From positions 55,676,001 through 55,740,000 of the forward strand of contig NC_042998.1 of the NCBI RefSeq assembly GCF_006345805.1: a stretch of DNA of 64,000 nt. The letters run 5' to 3'. Positions 41,261-53,778 of this stretch are shown here, piece after piece. The notes beneath the pieces are model-generated. The model saw only the letters and a program-made list of their open reading frames with translations. It was not told the DNA's origin and did not search any database. Both the position numbers and the translations under genes were made by a program. Numbering within the stretch: the first letter of the stretch is position 1; each line of letters opens with the position of its first letter. This DNA is from Octopus sinensis. Its lineage: Eukaryota.

Positions 41261-42404
41261 AGGCATTACTGTATTTGAACGAACCTCGGTATTTAGCGAT
41301 TTCCCACAGTGATGTATTTATATATTTATTTTAATATTTATTGTTTTAGGTTTCCTTCACTGAATATGGACGTGTTTAAATTTAATCCCTCCCAGTATGG
41401 GGGAATATTTTATCTTAAACTAATTTGATTATATTTTTATCGTTAGAGCTAAGCGTCAACCATGAGTGTAGAGTCATTCAAATTCCAGCTCAGTCCTCTA
41501 AATCTGGCAACATGTTTATTTCATTAACTTTTACGTATTTGTCTTGTGCTTCTTTCGTCAAGAAGCACAAGTGGCAATACATAAACAAAATGTCTGATTT
41601 TAGTTTTCTTTTTTCGTACTTCTTTGTGTTTTCCGTTTAAACTTTCGGGAAAGCTGAGAGTTGATAGCTGTTAAATCAGGATAAAAATATTTAAAACAAT
41701 AAATATGTAAAGTAATAACATTAAATGGGTTTACAGGTTTTCTTTGTTTTTGTTTTTTTTTTTCAGACACCTTTATTGTTGTCGTTCTTAAAACTTCTCT
41801 TCTCCAAATTTAAAATAAAGAACAATATACGTGAAAAACAATTATTGTTGGATAAAAGGTTGCTTAAGATAAGTTTAAACAAAGTGTCTAATTTACTATT
41901 TACCGAAAGAGAATTAACTGAAGCGATACCTACCACTTAGCTTACACCCTTAAGCGTATAGTAAACTTGATCCGTTGTCTTAATTTTTTTGTTCGTTGAA
42001 TACACACACACACACACACACACACACACCCACATACACATCACACACACATACAGGCGCCACGTACTCACATACGCACACACAGATATACTCCATACTT
42101 TGAGTGAGTCATGTTGCTATTTATTAGGGGACATTCATTGTTATTGGTTATTAATATCTACGATTTAAAACTTAATGGGATATCAGATTCTCTACGTAAA
42201 TATTCGACTTAATAATTATTGGCAGTGGCGGTAGTGGCGAGTAAATAATCCTAAATCATCCTTGACTGAGCTTATCTATGATGACAGGCGTTCCAGTCAT
42301 GACAATTCTGTCAGATTTTTTTCAGACATTGTATATCTAGAACTGTTTAATATGGTGTTCCGTTTGAAAATCGTTCAGCTGCTACTTCTAGCAGAGTGAG
42401 CGAC

Positions 42405-42555
42405 TGCCAATCTTAGCAGTTTGGCAAAAGAGACCGATAGAATAAGTGCTAGGCTCACAAAGAATAAGTCCTGGGGTCGATTTGCTCGACTAAAGGCGAT
42501 GCTCCAGCATGGCCACAGTCAAAATGACTGAAACAAGTAAAAGAGTAAAAGAGTA
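42405..42555 (+). mobile_element. SINE family A 3' end
   Basis: ggcgatgctccagcatggccacagtcaaaatgactgaaacaagtaaaagagtaaaagag. Confidence 0.85.
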
Positions 42556-42578
42556 CATCTTACATACATACATACATA

Positions 42579-42621
<43 letters not shown>

Positions 42622-43409
42622 ATGTATATATATATATATATCCTTTTAACTCGCTAACTAGCGAACCGCAAGACCAGCACTGTTTTCCGATATACCTCTG
42701 GCAGGTAGATGAATCCCTGCTATATCTAGCGATTCACCGTCTACCATTGATAAGACCAAGGATGGTCGAAATTATATGATCTGGTTGTCTCGGCTCCAGG
42801 AGGAGGGGTTTATCTCTCCGCTAGCAATATAAACAAGTGTCCATTTTACACCCAAAACATATATGAGAGTTTTTCTGATAGTAACTACTTCAGTAAAGTT
42901 TGTTCTAACTGAACCTCCACGTTGAAGAGAAAATTATTAACAATCGGTATTAATACTGCCTCTGTCACTAATATATATATATATATATATATGATAAATG
43001 CGAAAACTAATTTCTGTGTGTCAGTGTGTCACATTTAGACCCCTCTCTCACTATTCAATGACATTCCTACTATTACTCATGATGGGGTGAGAGTAATAGT
43101 AGGCATAGAGACAGAGAGAAAGAGAGAAATAGAAAGAGACAGAGAGAAAGAGAGAAATAAAAAGAGATAGAGAGAAAGAGAGACAGAGAAATTTAGGGAG
43201 AGCTGACGATGCTTTATTAAAAGTAGCAGTGTTGATGGTGGCAGTGAGAATAATAATAAAAAAGAGAGAAGGAGTGAGTATATGAGAGAAAGATAGAGAT
43301 GATGTGCAACTTTGTTTAACCATGTCTCTTTGACAGAAATTCCTGTCACCAACATACTGAACTCTAGCATTTTTGTTTTATTTTTTTTTTTGCTTTCTTA
43401 AATACACAA

Positions 43410-43450
<41 letters not shown>

Positions 43451-43552
43451 ATATACTTTAATTGAAATAAAGTTTCCCCAAAATTAAACATATCTTATTA
43501 TGATAAATGTGAATGTCAATGTTTCACACTTTTTCAACTTTAATAAAACCTT

Positions 43553-43912
43553 TCTACTGCAAGCACAAGGCCTCAAATTTTGGGAGAAGGGATTAAGTCG
43601 ATGACATCGACCCCAGTACGTAACTGGTACTAATTTTATCGACCTCGATAGGATGAAAGTCAAAGTCAACCTTGGCGGAATTCGAACTCAAAATCTAAAC
43701 ACCGGTGACTCAGAATACCTATTTCTTTACTACCCACAAGGAGCTAAACACAGAGAGGACAAACAAGGACAGACAAACGGATTAAGTCGATTATATCGAC
43801 CCAGTGCGTAACTGTACTTATTTAATCGACCCCAAAAGGATGAAAGGCAAAGTCGACCTCGGCGCTAAGCATTTCGCCCGGCGTGCTAACGTTTCTGCCA
43901 GCTCGCCGCCTT
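43553..43912 (-). mobile_element. two SINE family B copies joined by a short shared-flank segment
   Basis: B bodies at 43553-43690 and 43716-43912; linker aaatctaaacaccggtgactcagaat. Confidence 0.85.
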
Positions 43913-43914
43913 AG

Positions 43915-44444
43915 TCTAAAATATAATCTAATAAATGTGAATGTCAGAGTGTCACGTTTTTTCAGATTTACTCCTAGAGGCCGTAGTCCAACAAATTATA
44001 CCATTTTGGAATCAGGCTGACTCCGTGAGTAAATTAATAACATTGCGGGCCGAATCAGGAACCACAATCCTGAAATTCTGGATTCCTAAGTTTTCATTAC
44101 TATGACTGTACTCGGCGATTTTTTTTACGTGACTTTTTGTGACAAATTTTTTGTACGATGACAATTTTTATAATCTAAAGGCCCCATGAGTAAATTAAAA
44201 ACATCCCGGACCAAATCAAGACCTGCAATCCTGAAAGTTTGGATTACTATGTAACGATTGTTTTCGGTGACTTTTTTTTTTGGGAGGGGGGGTGATTTTT
44301 TTGCGACGAGTATGATCATCATTGGGATATGACTCTGAAGGAAGCAATTGCAACAAATTCTCCAGAACAAGTCAAAGATCTGTTTGCAGATCTTCCCATT
44401 CGGGATCAGTTGCTTAAAAGCCCTATCGAGCGGCTTTTAAGCTA

Positions 44445-44445
<1 letters not shown>
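43915..44445 (+). mobile_element. non-autonomous Helitron
   Basis: TC-start 5' end (tctaaaatataatctaataaatgtgaatgtc); TLKEAIATNSPEQVKDLFA RepHel-like remnant; 11-bp hairpin GCTTAAAAGCC/GGCTTTTAAGC (44412-44442), then CTAG|T. Confidence 0.7.
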
Positions 44446-44484
<39 letters not shown>

Positions 44485-44486
<2 letters not shown>

Positions 44487-44610
44487 GACGGGCTTCTTTC
44501 AGTTTCCGTCAACCAAATCCACTCACTCGAAGATGCCTCGCAGTGGGACTGAAAATGGAACCGTGTGGTTGGTAAGTAAGTTACTTACCACACAGCCGCA
44601 CCTGCGCCTA
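44485..44610 (-). mobile_element. SINE family A 5' part with internal deletion
   Basis: acgacgggcttctttcagtttccgtc..cagtgggactgaa..ttaccacacagcc. Confidence 0.8.
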
Positions 44611-44999
44611 TAGCTACTCCTGCCGAAATGCATTCTTCAAAAAGCTATGTTCTTTGCCTCCTTTGTTGCTTTAGTAATTGCAGCCAGTGTGCTGTTGCCA
44701 TACTGAAGCAACCCATTATAAGTATACAAATAGAGATGTGCTTAATTAGCCAACTAATAAACTCAAATTTATAATTAGCGAAATAATTTAAATATTTTTA
44801 GTAAGTATAAGTGTTATCATAACTTGTAAATCAAGAGTTCTTTTAGGTTTATAAACGTGGAAATGAAAATAATTGAAAACTAAACATGTAATAAAAATAT
44901 AAATAACGAAAAAGAATAAAATAAAATAAAATAAAGAAAAAAGTAAATTAAAACCAATATATTTAAATTAGAAAAATAATTTGTGTTGCGTTTGTCCGA

Positions 45000-45064
<65 letters not shown>

Positions 45065-45635
45065 TGTGTATGTCTGATAAATGCAAACCTTTTTGTCTGA
45101 TTTATATAATGTAGATGTGCATATATGTTTTGTGTGTGTGTATGGGTTTATGATAATGTGGCTTTTTTGTACACACACACAAATGTATGTATATAGATAG
45201 ATATATAAATCATACACATACACACACATAAGCAACATAATGTGTGTGTGTGTGTGTGTGTGTGTGTAGACATTATAATAATGCACATACACACTCCATA
45301 TGATAGGAATAATGAGAGACAGTTATATAAACATTTTAAAAAGCTTGTTAATTATAACTTTTGGCTAAATTAATTAATGGGGTAGGAGTCTGAAGATTTT
45401 ATTTTTTTTAAAAATAAATAGGAATAAAACATGTCTATAAAGAATGCTTTTATTCCCCAAAATGTAGTAAAAATGAATTGTGTTATTGCTTTCGAAGGTA
45501 CGGTGTATTTGTGGTTTAACCCCAGACCGACTCCGACTCAGCCGATGTGGGAGCAAACACGTTTTTATTTTTTAAGTGGATGTTGTTGAATTTCTCTGTG
45601 GTTTAGATATGACACCGCTTTGATATTTTCTTGAA

Positions 45636-45990
45636 TACGAGGTGGTATCAAAAAGTTCCCGAGCTAGTTATGTTTCATAAAAAATAGCTTATTTACCTAA
45701 GTTTTAACATAATCTTCTTCAAAATAGTCACCTTGCGCATCAATACACCGGACCCAGCGTTCCTTCTACATTTTGAATCTGGCCTGGAAGTAGTTTACCG
45801 AAGGCGAGTCGAGGACCTCAATGATTCGTTCTTGATCTCGACAACGGTGTGAAAACGACGACCTTTGAGCTGCATTTTCATTTTGTAGAAGAGATGAAAG
45901 TCCGCAAGTGCTAAATCTGGCGAATAAGGCGGGTGCAGAAGCGATACCATGTTGTTTTTGGCGTGAAACTCACAAGTGAGCAAGTGTACC
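45636..45990 (-). mobile_element. mariner right end with transposase C-terminus
   Basis: HPPYSPDLALADFHLFYKMKMQLKGRRF; TIR tacgaggtggtatcaaaaagttccc at 45636. Confidence 0.9.
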
Positions 45991-46049
45991 TTAACTTATG
46001 AATTCAAATTTTGTCACTAAGCCGGCAATTTTGTAGAGAAAGTGTAAGT

Positions 46050-46215
46050 CGATTACATTCAACCCCAAACTCAGCTGGTATTTATTTTCTCGACCTCGAA
46101 AGGATGAAAAGCAAAGACAAAATCGGCGGAATTTGAACTCAGAACGTAAAGACGGAAAAAAGGCTGTTAACCCTTTTGTCCGGCGCAGTAACGATTTTAC
46201 TAGTTTGCCGCCGTC
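46050..46215 (-). mobile_element. SINE family B, diverged
   Basis: gaaaggatgaaaagcaaagac..ggcggaatttgaactcagaacgtaaagacgg. Confidence 0.8.
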
Positions 46216-46649
46216 GTGCCTATATTGCTCATGAGATGTTAACGTATCCAGATATACTTTGAAAGTGCTTTGCCTTGTGGTCTTCAGGGGGGAAGTTGAC
46301 ACAACGTACTGTTGTGCAAGGGCAGGTAACTCTTGAAAGATTTCTCTCTGTAAACTCTATATAGCTTGTTGTTTTCTTACAGTAGATGCATCAGCACAAT
46401 AAAAGTATGAACTAATTTTCACTTGCCGACAGCAGAAGAAATTCATCTGCGGAAAATCTAAAGAAGAAATACGCTCACCTTCCTAATGTATGGCAGTAAA
46501 CAAGTAACAATTACACTATTCAAAATGCTTTGCGTGATCTTGCTATTTTCAAACCCGCTGATGTGCTCAGTCAGTTGACGGAACGAAAGCGGGATTCGAA
46601 TAGTTAAGTCTTGTCTGTCGCACATTAATTGTGTGTATTTGTGTGTATA

Positions 46650-46835
46650 TATGTATGCCATTATTCAGTTTTATTTCAAGATTTCTTGCCAATAGAGAAA
46701 GGGCTGGTTTCTAACCTTGAACCAAAGCTTCTTCATTGAAATTTCAACATCAACAATAGGGTATTTTGTATGTATGTATGTATGTATGTATGTATGTATG
46801 TATGTATGTATGTATGTATGTGTGTATGTATGCAT
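46650..46835 (-). repeat. copy of the 22765-22880 repeat plus (TATG)n
   Basis: ttatttcaagatttcttgccaatagagaaag..ttctaacct..cttcattg.aatttcaacatcaaca.ggg is the reverse complement of 22765-22870. Confidence 0.85.
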
Positions 46836-46994
46836 GCATGCATGGATCGATCGATCGATCGATATGTGTTTCTAGTCTGAACTGTTATACTTCGAGGCAG
46901 CTTGAACCATTATTATAAAATACTTTCAGAAATTCAACAATTCTTCATCTATACCAACTGGTTGTTACAGCAATGACCTACCTAGTAGGCCTTG

Positions 46995-47139
46995 AGTAGC
47001 GTAGTGGTGGTAGTTCGGTTTTTATGGGGCAAGCACCTTTGGGTTTGCTATATAAGCCCATATATGCTTGGTACTCCGAGTGGGGTCGCAAACTCGAGGT
47101 TTGCTCCAGTTGGCACGCAGTCTAACTACTACGCTACTG
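46995..47139. mobile_element. possible small MITE
   Basis: Termini agtagcgtagtggt / aactactacgctact are near-perfect inverted repeats; no TSD seen. Confidence 0.4.
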
Positions 47140-47334
47140 ATCGATAGATCGACTAGACAGACTTTCTGAAATGTGTGTGTGTGTATGTTCCGTGAACATA
47201 TGCGCCTTTATCTAATTGGTGAACATATGCGCAGTGATTTTATGATTATCCTGAATTAAATTTCTAAGTCATGACACTGTGGGCTGGTAGACGCCAAATC
47301 AGACTCAGGTAGGTTGAGATATATGTATGCTTAC

Positions 47335-47439
47335 CTGTTTCATATATCAAGTAGTTGCGTAAGAAAAATTGTAGCACAACAATTTTATCTGTTGGGCTGA
47401 CCTTTCTTTTTACTTCAAAGCATGTTGATTTTGTTGTAA
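47335..47439 (-). CDS. candidate isolated coding exon, host gene unknown
   Basis: Acceptor ctgttcttgcatttgtag, donor ACAG|gtaagc; 105 nt open only in phase 1-1: xTTKSTCFEVKRKVSPTDKIVVLQFFLRNYLIYET. Confidence 0.35.
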
Positions 47440-49420
47440 CTACAAATGCAAGAACAGGCATATATTCATTCAAAAGAACAATAAGTTCTATAGTAGAGAA
47501 TGAGGACAAACATCCTGATTGTATATTTTCAGGTCATTGCCTTTTTCGTCGTCAACCTGTAGTGTAATGTAATATAATATCGCTATTCTCCTAATAATAA
47601 GATAGTTGTTTTGTTGCGTATCTCAAATAATGCCATGAAAGCCAATACCTATATGTCTGCTATCTCTGCTATTTCTTCTTCATCTTTCACAAGACCTTTA
47701 ATTTCACACAAAAACATGTCTTAACCTTACCTTTTGGTTGTATTCTATTTGTTATTCTATTTATTTATTTTGCTACAATTTGTTGCAACATTTCTACTGT
47801 CATGCTTTTAAATAAAACTTCGTTGAGAAAATAATATAAATCCCAAGGTATCAGCTTGCATATGGGTGCTTACCGGTGAGTGATGAAAGAAATAAAACTC
47901 TTGTGAGCATTAGTCAGTAAAAGATGTTTTGATTCAAAGATATTTGCATGGCTTTGTTGTTGTTCTCGTTATTGTCGTCGTTGTTGCTGTTGTTTTTAGT
48001 GTAGAAGGCACAGTTAATCGCCAGCCGATTTTCTTTTTCTCTTATCTGTTTAAGTTCACTTCAGCAACTATTGCTTAAACGATTCCTTTGTATAGTTTAA
48101 AGAATGCTTGTGTGTATAATTAAAAGTATTGTCAAAGATAAAGAATGAGCACAAATAACAAATGCATGCGTATGGCTTTCAGGACAATATTTTAGTTATG
48201 CAATAAAATAACTGCCTTATTAAATAACAACTATTATATTACAAGTAGTTTGCATGTGATGAGCTTCAGACGTAATCTCCTGCAAAGCCTTAGCTGCAAT
48301 AGGGTTTCAATCTCAGATTAAACCAATTTCGTTTCACTTATGCAGCTAATGCGCTGAAAAATGTTTGAATGTCGGTCTTCAATTCTCTTCTCTGTATTCT
48401 TAAAAAAATTGTGCATTGAGCAAACAACTTCCTATACAGGCAACTTCAAGTTATTAATCTTTTGTCATGGCGGTTGATCAAATCGAAATATATATGTTCT
48501 GCCCAAAATATGCTACTGTAGTCAGTACTAAACGAATGTATGCATGCTTGCGATGAGGTTGTATATAATGCAATTCTGCAGCAGAGCTGATGACTTTTAA
48601 TTGACAGGCTACAGAGATGGCAGCTAAAATCGCTTTGCATTGAAAGGGTATGACTATAGAGATTTGATTCTCTTGCAATTTTACCTGTAGAATTCGTATT
48701 TAAAAATCACCTATTGATAAGAAATGAGATGTAAGTTTGGAAGACTCGATCAAGTTGGTCTACGGAAGTAATAACCAGTTAACATAACAGAAGAACTGTT
48801 AATTTGGCTGTTATGTTTCGAGGTGTCTCGAAGCATAACAATTCACACTGGCAACAAGTACGTGCATACATACATACATACATACATACATACATACATA
48901 CATACATACATACATACATACATACACACATATATGCATACATACAATTGTCCATAAGAAAATACTGGTGTACTTCTCTTTGCCTTCTTCCGTTGTAACT
49001 ATGCTATTCAAATTGAAAATACTTTGGAAGAATGAAGTATATAATACACGCTTTAAACCATCTAAACTGTCGAATTTGGAGACATAATTTACATATTAAT
49101 CTGCCTTCGGGGCACCTTCTGATATTACTTTGACAATTCTTCATTTCGCTGTAGAACATATCAGAGAAACGCGCATATTTTTGGACTTGAATTCATAGTG
49201 TCAGTGAACGGAGTAGCAACCCCACTGAGTTGTTGATTTTAAGAATCAGTAATAATAATCCTCCAGTTAATTTTAAATATTTTTTTATATCAGCATTGCT
49301 CAGAAAACTGCTTGATCACTGAAATTATAAACGAAGCCAATATCTTGTTCAATTTCAGAGATTCAGGTACTTCTGACAGACGAGACACATCAAATCGAAA
49401 CACCGGTGACTCAGAATCCC

Positions 49421-49803
49421 TATTTCTTTACTACCCAAAAGGGGCCAAACACAGAGAGGACAAACACGGACAGACAAACGGATTAAGTCGATTATATCGA
49501 CCCCAGTGCGTAACTGGTACTTATTTAATCGACCCCGAAAGGATGAAAGGCAGTCGACCTCGGCGGAATTTGAACTCAGAACGTAGCAGCAGACGAAATA
49601 CATAATCATTTCTACTAATAGCACAAGTTCTGAAATTTGGGAAGAGGGGACTAATCGATTACATCGACCCCAGTGCTTCACTGGTTCTTAATTTATCGAC
49701 CCCGGAAAGATGAAAGAAAGCAAAGTCGACCTCGGCGGAATTTGAACTCAGAACGTAAGCATTTCGCCCGGTGCGCTTAACGATTCTGCCAGCTCACCGC
49801 CTT
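49421..49803 (-). mobile_element. SINE family B with a second B-subtype nested in its head; 18-bp TSD
   Basis: ccggtgactcagaatccc at 49403-49420 and at 49804-49821. Confidence 0.88.
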
Positions 49804-49972
49804 CCGGTGACTCAGAATCCCATTTGCCAATGAACCGAGTGTGTGATGAACACATTGCCCTCGTAAAAGGAGACGTTCTCCCGTAACACAACTAGTATAT
49901 TTTGCGCTCAAATCTGCTGGAATAAACGCGCACGTCAACATTTCTGATTTCGCTGCTCACAGAGCAAATTAC

Positions 49973-50380
49973 GGATCTTTTCGGTTTGAATGGCAGTTTT
50001 TAACATAATTTCTAGGTAATTAATACATTTTAAACTTCGTATACTGGTAGAATGTGTTTATAAAACATCTTTTTCTCTTGGATTTATTGAGAAAATTCTA
50101 TAGTTTATAAGATATTTGTTGTTTTTTCTTCAAATTCTGCAATTTCAACCAATCAGTGATGTCTATTGAATTAAAAAGCATTCTGTGCCGTATGAATATG
50201 TTCCTCGTTTAAGAAACAGATTGGGTTTATTTACACTTGTGAAGAAAAAAGATACCCTTCCCCACCCCTAACCCTAACCCTAACCCTAAAAGAGACTGAA
50301 ATGCAATAGATCGATTCTAGGGTTATAATTATGGGTGACAATTTCATATGAAAAAACTGCCGTTCAAACCGAAAAGATCC
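49973..50380. mobile_element. MITE with ~29-bp TIRs starting GG and an 8-bp TSD (Merlin-like), containing (CCCTAA)n
   Basis: ggatcttttcggtttgaatggcagttttt / aaaaaactgccgttcaaaccgaaaagatcc; flanks caaattac / taaattac; CCCTAA x4 near 50265-50290. Confidence 0.8.
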
Positions 50381-50456
50381 TAAATTACGATTTATTATTT
50401 ATTTCTATCAATTGTATTCAGAATAATATAGATATTATAAATATTCTGTATTTCGG

Positions 50457-50876
50457 GTGTGTATGTTCTACCTGAGAGGTTCCTGCTGGCATGGAAAGGA
50501 AGGTGCAGGCTGCCGCTTTGCACATCGGGGACCCTGCCACAGAGACACGAGGCAGATGGACAAACCATCAACACAAAGAAAAGGGATGGACCACGCACCA
50601 CCTGCCCCAAAGCGGAGGTACGCAGATGTTGTGCGCGCCACAAACAGCCAACATGATGTCGAAAGAGCAGCTGCTGAGCAACAATCTTTTTTGTGCATGG
50701 CACAAAAGATTGTACAGCAGCTGACCTGGCTTCATCAAACCCAAGCCCGCAGGTGGGACTACCCACTATATACCAGACCACCACAGCAACAGACACAGGA
50801 TGGACACCGCCGGCAACAACGTACACCTCACCTCGATACTCCTACTGAACATCAGAGGACTGCAAACACTCAGTAA
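50457..50876 (+). pseudogene. LINE ORF1 C-terminal part with C-x7-C-x8-C-x3-H finger
   Basis: CMFYLRGSCWHGKEGAGCRFAH; overlaps the start of the ORF2 reading frame. Confidence 0.6.
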
Positions 50877-53778
50877 CAGGACAAAGATCCCGTTCCTGAG
50901 AGACTTTGTTGCATGCAATCAAGCCTTATGCATAGCACTTACAGAAACGCACCTGAAACCGGACATAGCAGATGCGGAGTTACACATACCACAGTATGCT
51001 GTACTACGGACCGACAGGAAAGAAAGGAGTCATGGAGGTGTTGCTATGTACATCCGTGAGGACCTCACACCCCAGGTCCTCTTGTCATACTCAAACTCGG
51101 TGTGTGACACACTAATTGTACATATCAGGCAACTTGATGTAGTTGTGTGTGCTACATATCGCCCTCCAGATGCCCCAAGCCATGTGGGCAAGTTTGAAGA
51201 CTGCCTTATAAAAATAGAAGAAATTCTAACCACATTAGAACAACACATAGGTGTGCTTCTTATGGGAGACTTCAATCTGCCCAATGTCAGATGGCCCGAG
51301 GGCCTTTCTCTCCCAGGAATGACAAGATGTGAACGAGGACAGGCGAGGTCCCTCCTGAACCTCATCAACACCCTGTACATGGAGCAGGTAATACTCCAAC
51401 CAACCAGGGCAGGAAACACACTGGATCTCTGCTTCACAAATGACATGGATCTCATCCATAATGTGAAAGTGACACCGACACTACTCTCGGATCACAACAT
51501 GATAGAGCTGACCATGTACGGGCCAAAAGAGAGCACGGACATGCAGCCTACAAGAAACCCTCAAAATCTTTCCAGCTTGAACTACCATAAGGCAAACTGG
51601 AAACAATTGAGAAAGAGATCCTCAAACAAAACTGGCCTAAATGTCTCTCCTCGCCAGACATCGACGTGAAACTTCAACAATTCATGTCTGTAATGCAAGC
51701 CATATGCTACAAATGTGTCCCAGAGAGAAAGGCCACTGTACACAAGAACAAAATCCCCAGAGAGAGGAAAATTTTAATGAGACGGCGTACGAAATTTTCA
51801 AATCGCCTAAACAAACAGATTGAAAGCAGTGAAAAGTCCCGCCTAAAAATAAAACTGTTGGAAATCGAAAAATGTCTGCAACTCTCCCATGAAAAAGAAA
51901 GAGCAGACAGAGAAGCCTGGGCTATAGAAAACATAAAATCTAACCCCAGAGCTTTCTACAGGTATGCCAAAGAAACAGCTACAGTGCACTGTAGAATAGG
52001 CCACTCCTCGAAAAGGATGGCACACTTACAGAAAACCAATGAGGGTAAGTGAAATACTGAATGAGCAATTCAAGAGTGTTTTCACTCCACCCCTTGGGCA
52101 TCTCCAAATCACCAATCCAACTGACTTTTTTAACACTGCAGATATAAAATCAGAGGCGGCGACGATAGATTACATCGATATAAAGGAAGATGTAACCAAG
52201 GCTATAGATGAAATGAAAACAGACTCAGCTACTGGCCCCGATGGATTCCCGGCAATCCTCCTAAAAGCATGTAAGAGAGTCCTAGCAAGACCACTGCAGT
52301 TCCTCTTTCAGAGCTTCCTTGCAGCTGGCAAACTTCCAGGAAAACTGAAGGAAGGTAAAATATGCCCATTCATAAGGAGGTAGCAGAGCGGAAGCCAAGA
52401 ACTATAGACCTATCTCTCTGACCTCACACATCAGCAAGGTCATGGAACGAATAGTCAGAAGGAAGCTGATCACCTTCCTTGAAGAGAATGACTTGCTGCC
52501 CGACACCCAACATGGTTTCCGACCAGGGAGAAGCTGTTTAACTCAGCTCCTACAAACTATGACTGGGTGCTGAAACGGCTGCTCAACCACTCAAATGTGG
52601 AAGTGATATATCTCGACTTTGCAAAGGCCTTTGATAAAGTCGATCATGGAATGATATGTCACAAACTGCGTGATCTCAACATAGTTGGAAAACTGGGAGA
52701 ATGGCTTCATGACTTTCTGAAGGATAGAAGTCAGGTGGTAGTAGCCAATGGGCCACCTCCATTAACACAAATAGTGAGCGGTGTTCCGCAGGGCACTGTT
52801 CTGGGACCACTACTGTTCATAATGGCCCTCTCAGACATGCCCTCAGCCACGCAGAGAGCCACGATCACAAGTTATGCAGATGATACAAAAGTTTCACAGG
52901 CATACAGAACCCTGAGACACTAAACACCTGCAATGTGAGCTGGACGAAATATACAAGTGGGCTGAAAAGAATAGCATGCAGTTCAATGCTGGAAAGTTTC
53001 AAGCTTTATACTATCAGCATGCAAAACTGAATGCAATACCCAATGAATACACTGGACCCGGAGGGATTGCAATCCCAGAGGCACAATCAGTGCGTGACCT
53101 GGGTATTCACATGAGTGATGACGCGACCTTTCATGTACATGTTGCTAAACTGACACTGAAATGTAGACGGCTGGCTGGATGGATTCTTAGAACCTTTAGA
53201 ACAAGAGAACAAGACCCATGATGGTCCTCTGGAAGACACTTGTCCTAAGCCACTTTGACTATTGCTCTCAGCTATGGTCACCATCCAGTGTCAAGTTGAT
53301 CACAGAACTTGAGGCGACCCAACGAAGCTACACAAAGAAATAGCCTCTATGCAGAATGTAAGCTACTGGGAAAGACTCAAGAGATTAAATTATATTCCCT
53401 GGAGCGTAGGCGGGAAAGATATGCCATAATATACATCTGGAAGATTCTGGAGGAAGTGTCCTGAACTTTGGCATCGAGAGTTACGCAAATGCCAGAACTG
53501 GGCGCCACTGCGTGGTGCCTAGGACTCCAAACCTGCCATCAAGATGTAGGACAAGATTCTGTGATAGCCTGGGCTTCCGAGGCCCACAGCTCTTCAATAT
53601 CCTCCCGAAGAACCTGAGAGACCTGCATGGGGTGGATACAGATGTCTTTAAAATGAAGCTGGATCTCTTCCTGTCAGGTGTCCCAGATGAACCAACTTCA
53701 CGGCAGGAGGGGCAGATGAGGGCAGCTGCATCGAACTCTCTCATGCACCAAATAGCAGTTGCTAGAAAGCCTCCATGA
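50800..53778 (+). pseudogene. LINE ORF2: AP endonuclease + RT, frameshifted as assembled
   Basis: LLNIRGL, ALTETHL, RTDRKERSHGGV, LMGDFNLP, LSDHN, ATGPDGFP, NYRPISLTS, QHGFR, YLDFAKAFDKVDH, SGVPQGTVLGPLLF, SYADDTK. Confidence 0.92.

Noticed and set aside
41543-41571. 11-bp perfect hairpin cttgtgcttct/agaagcacaag
   Set aside because: Short and isolated, with no supporting context; could arise by chance.
46288-46405. Plus-strand mini-exon (46288-46325), short intron, stop codon and AATAAA
   Set aside because: Only 38 nt, immediate stops, no homology, and it conflicts with the minus-strand candidates; likely chance splice-like signals.
50265-50290. True telomere or chromosome fusion site
   Set aside because: Only about four units, lying inside a MITE.
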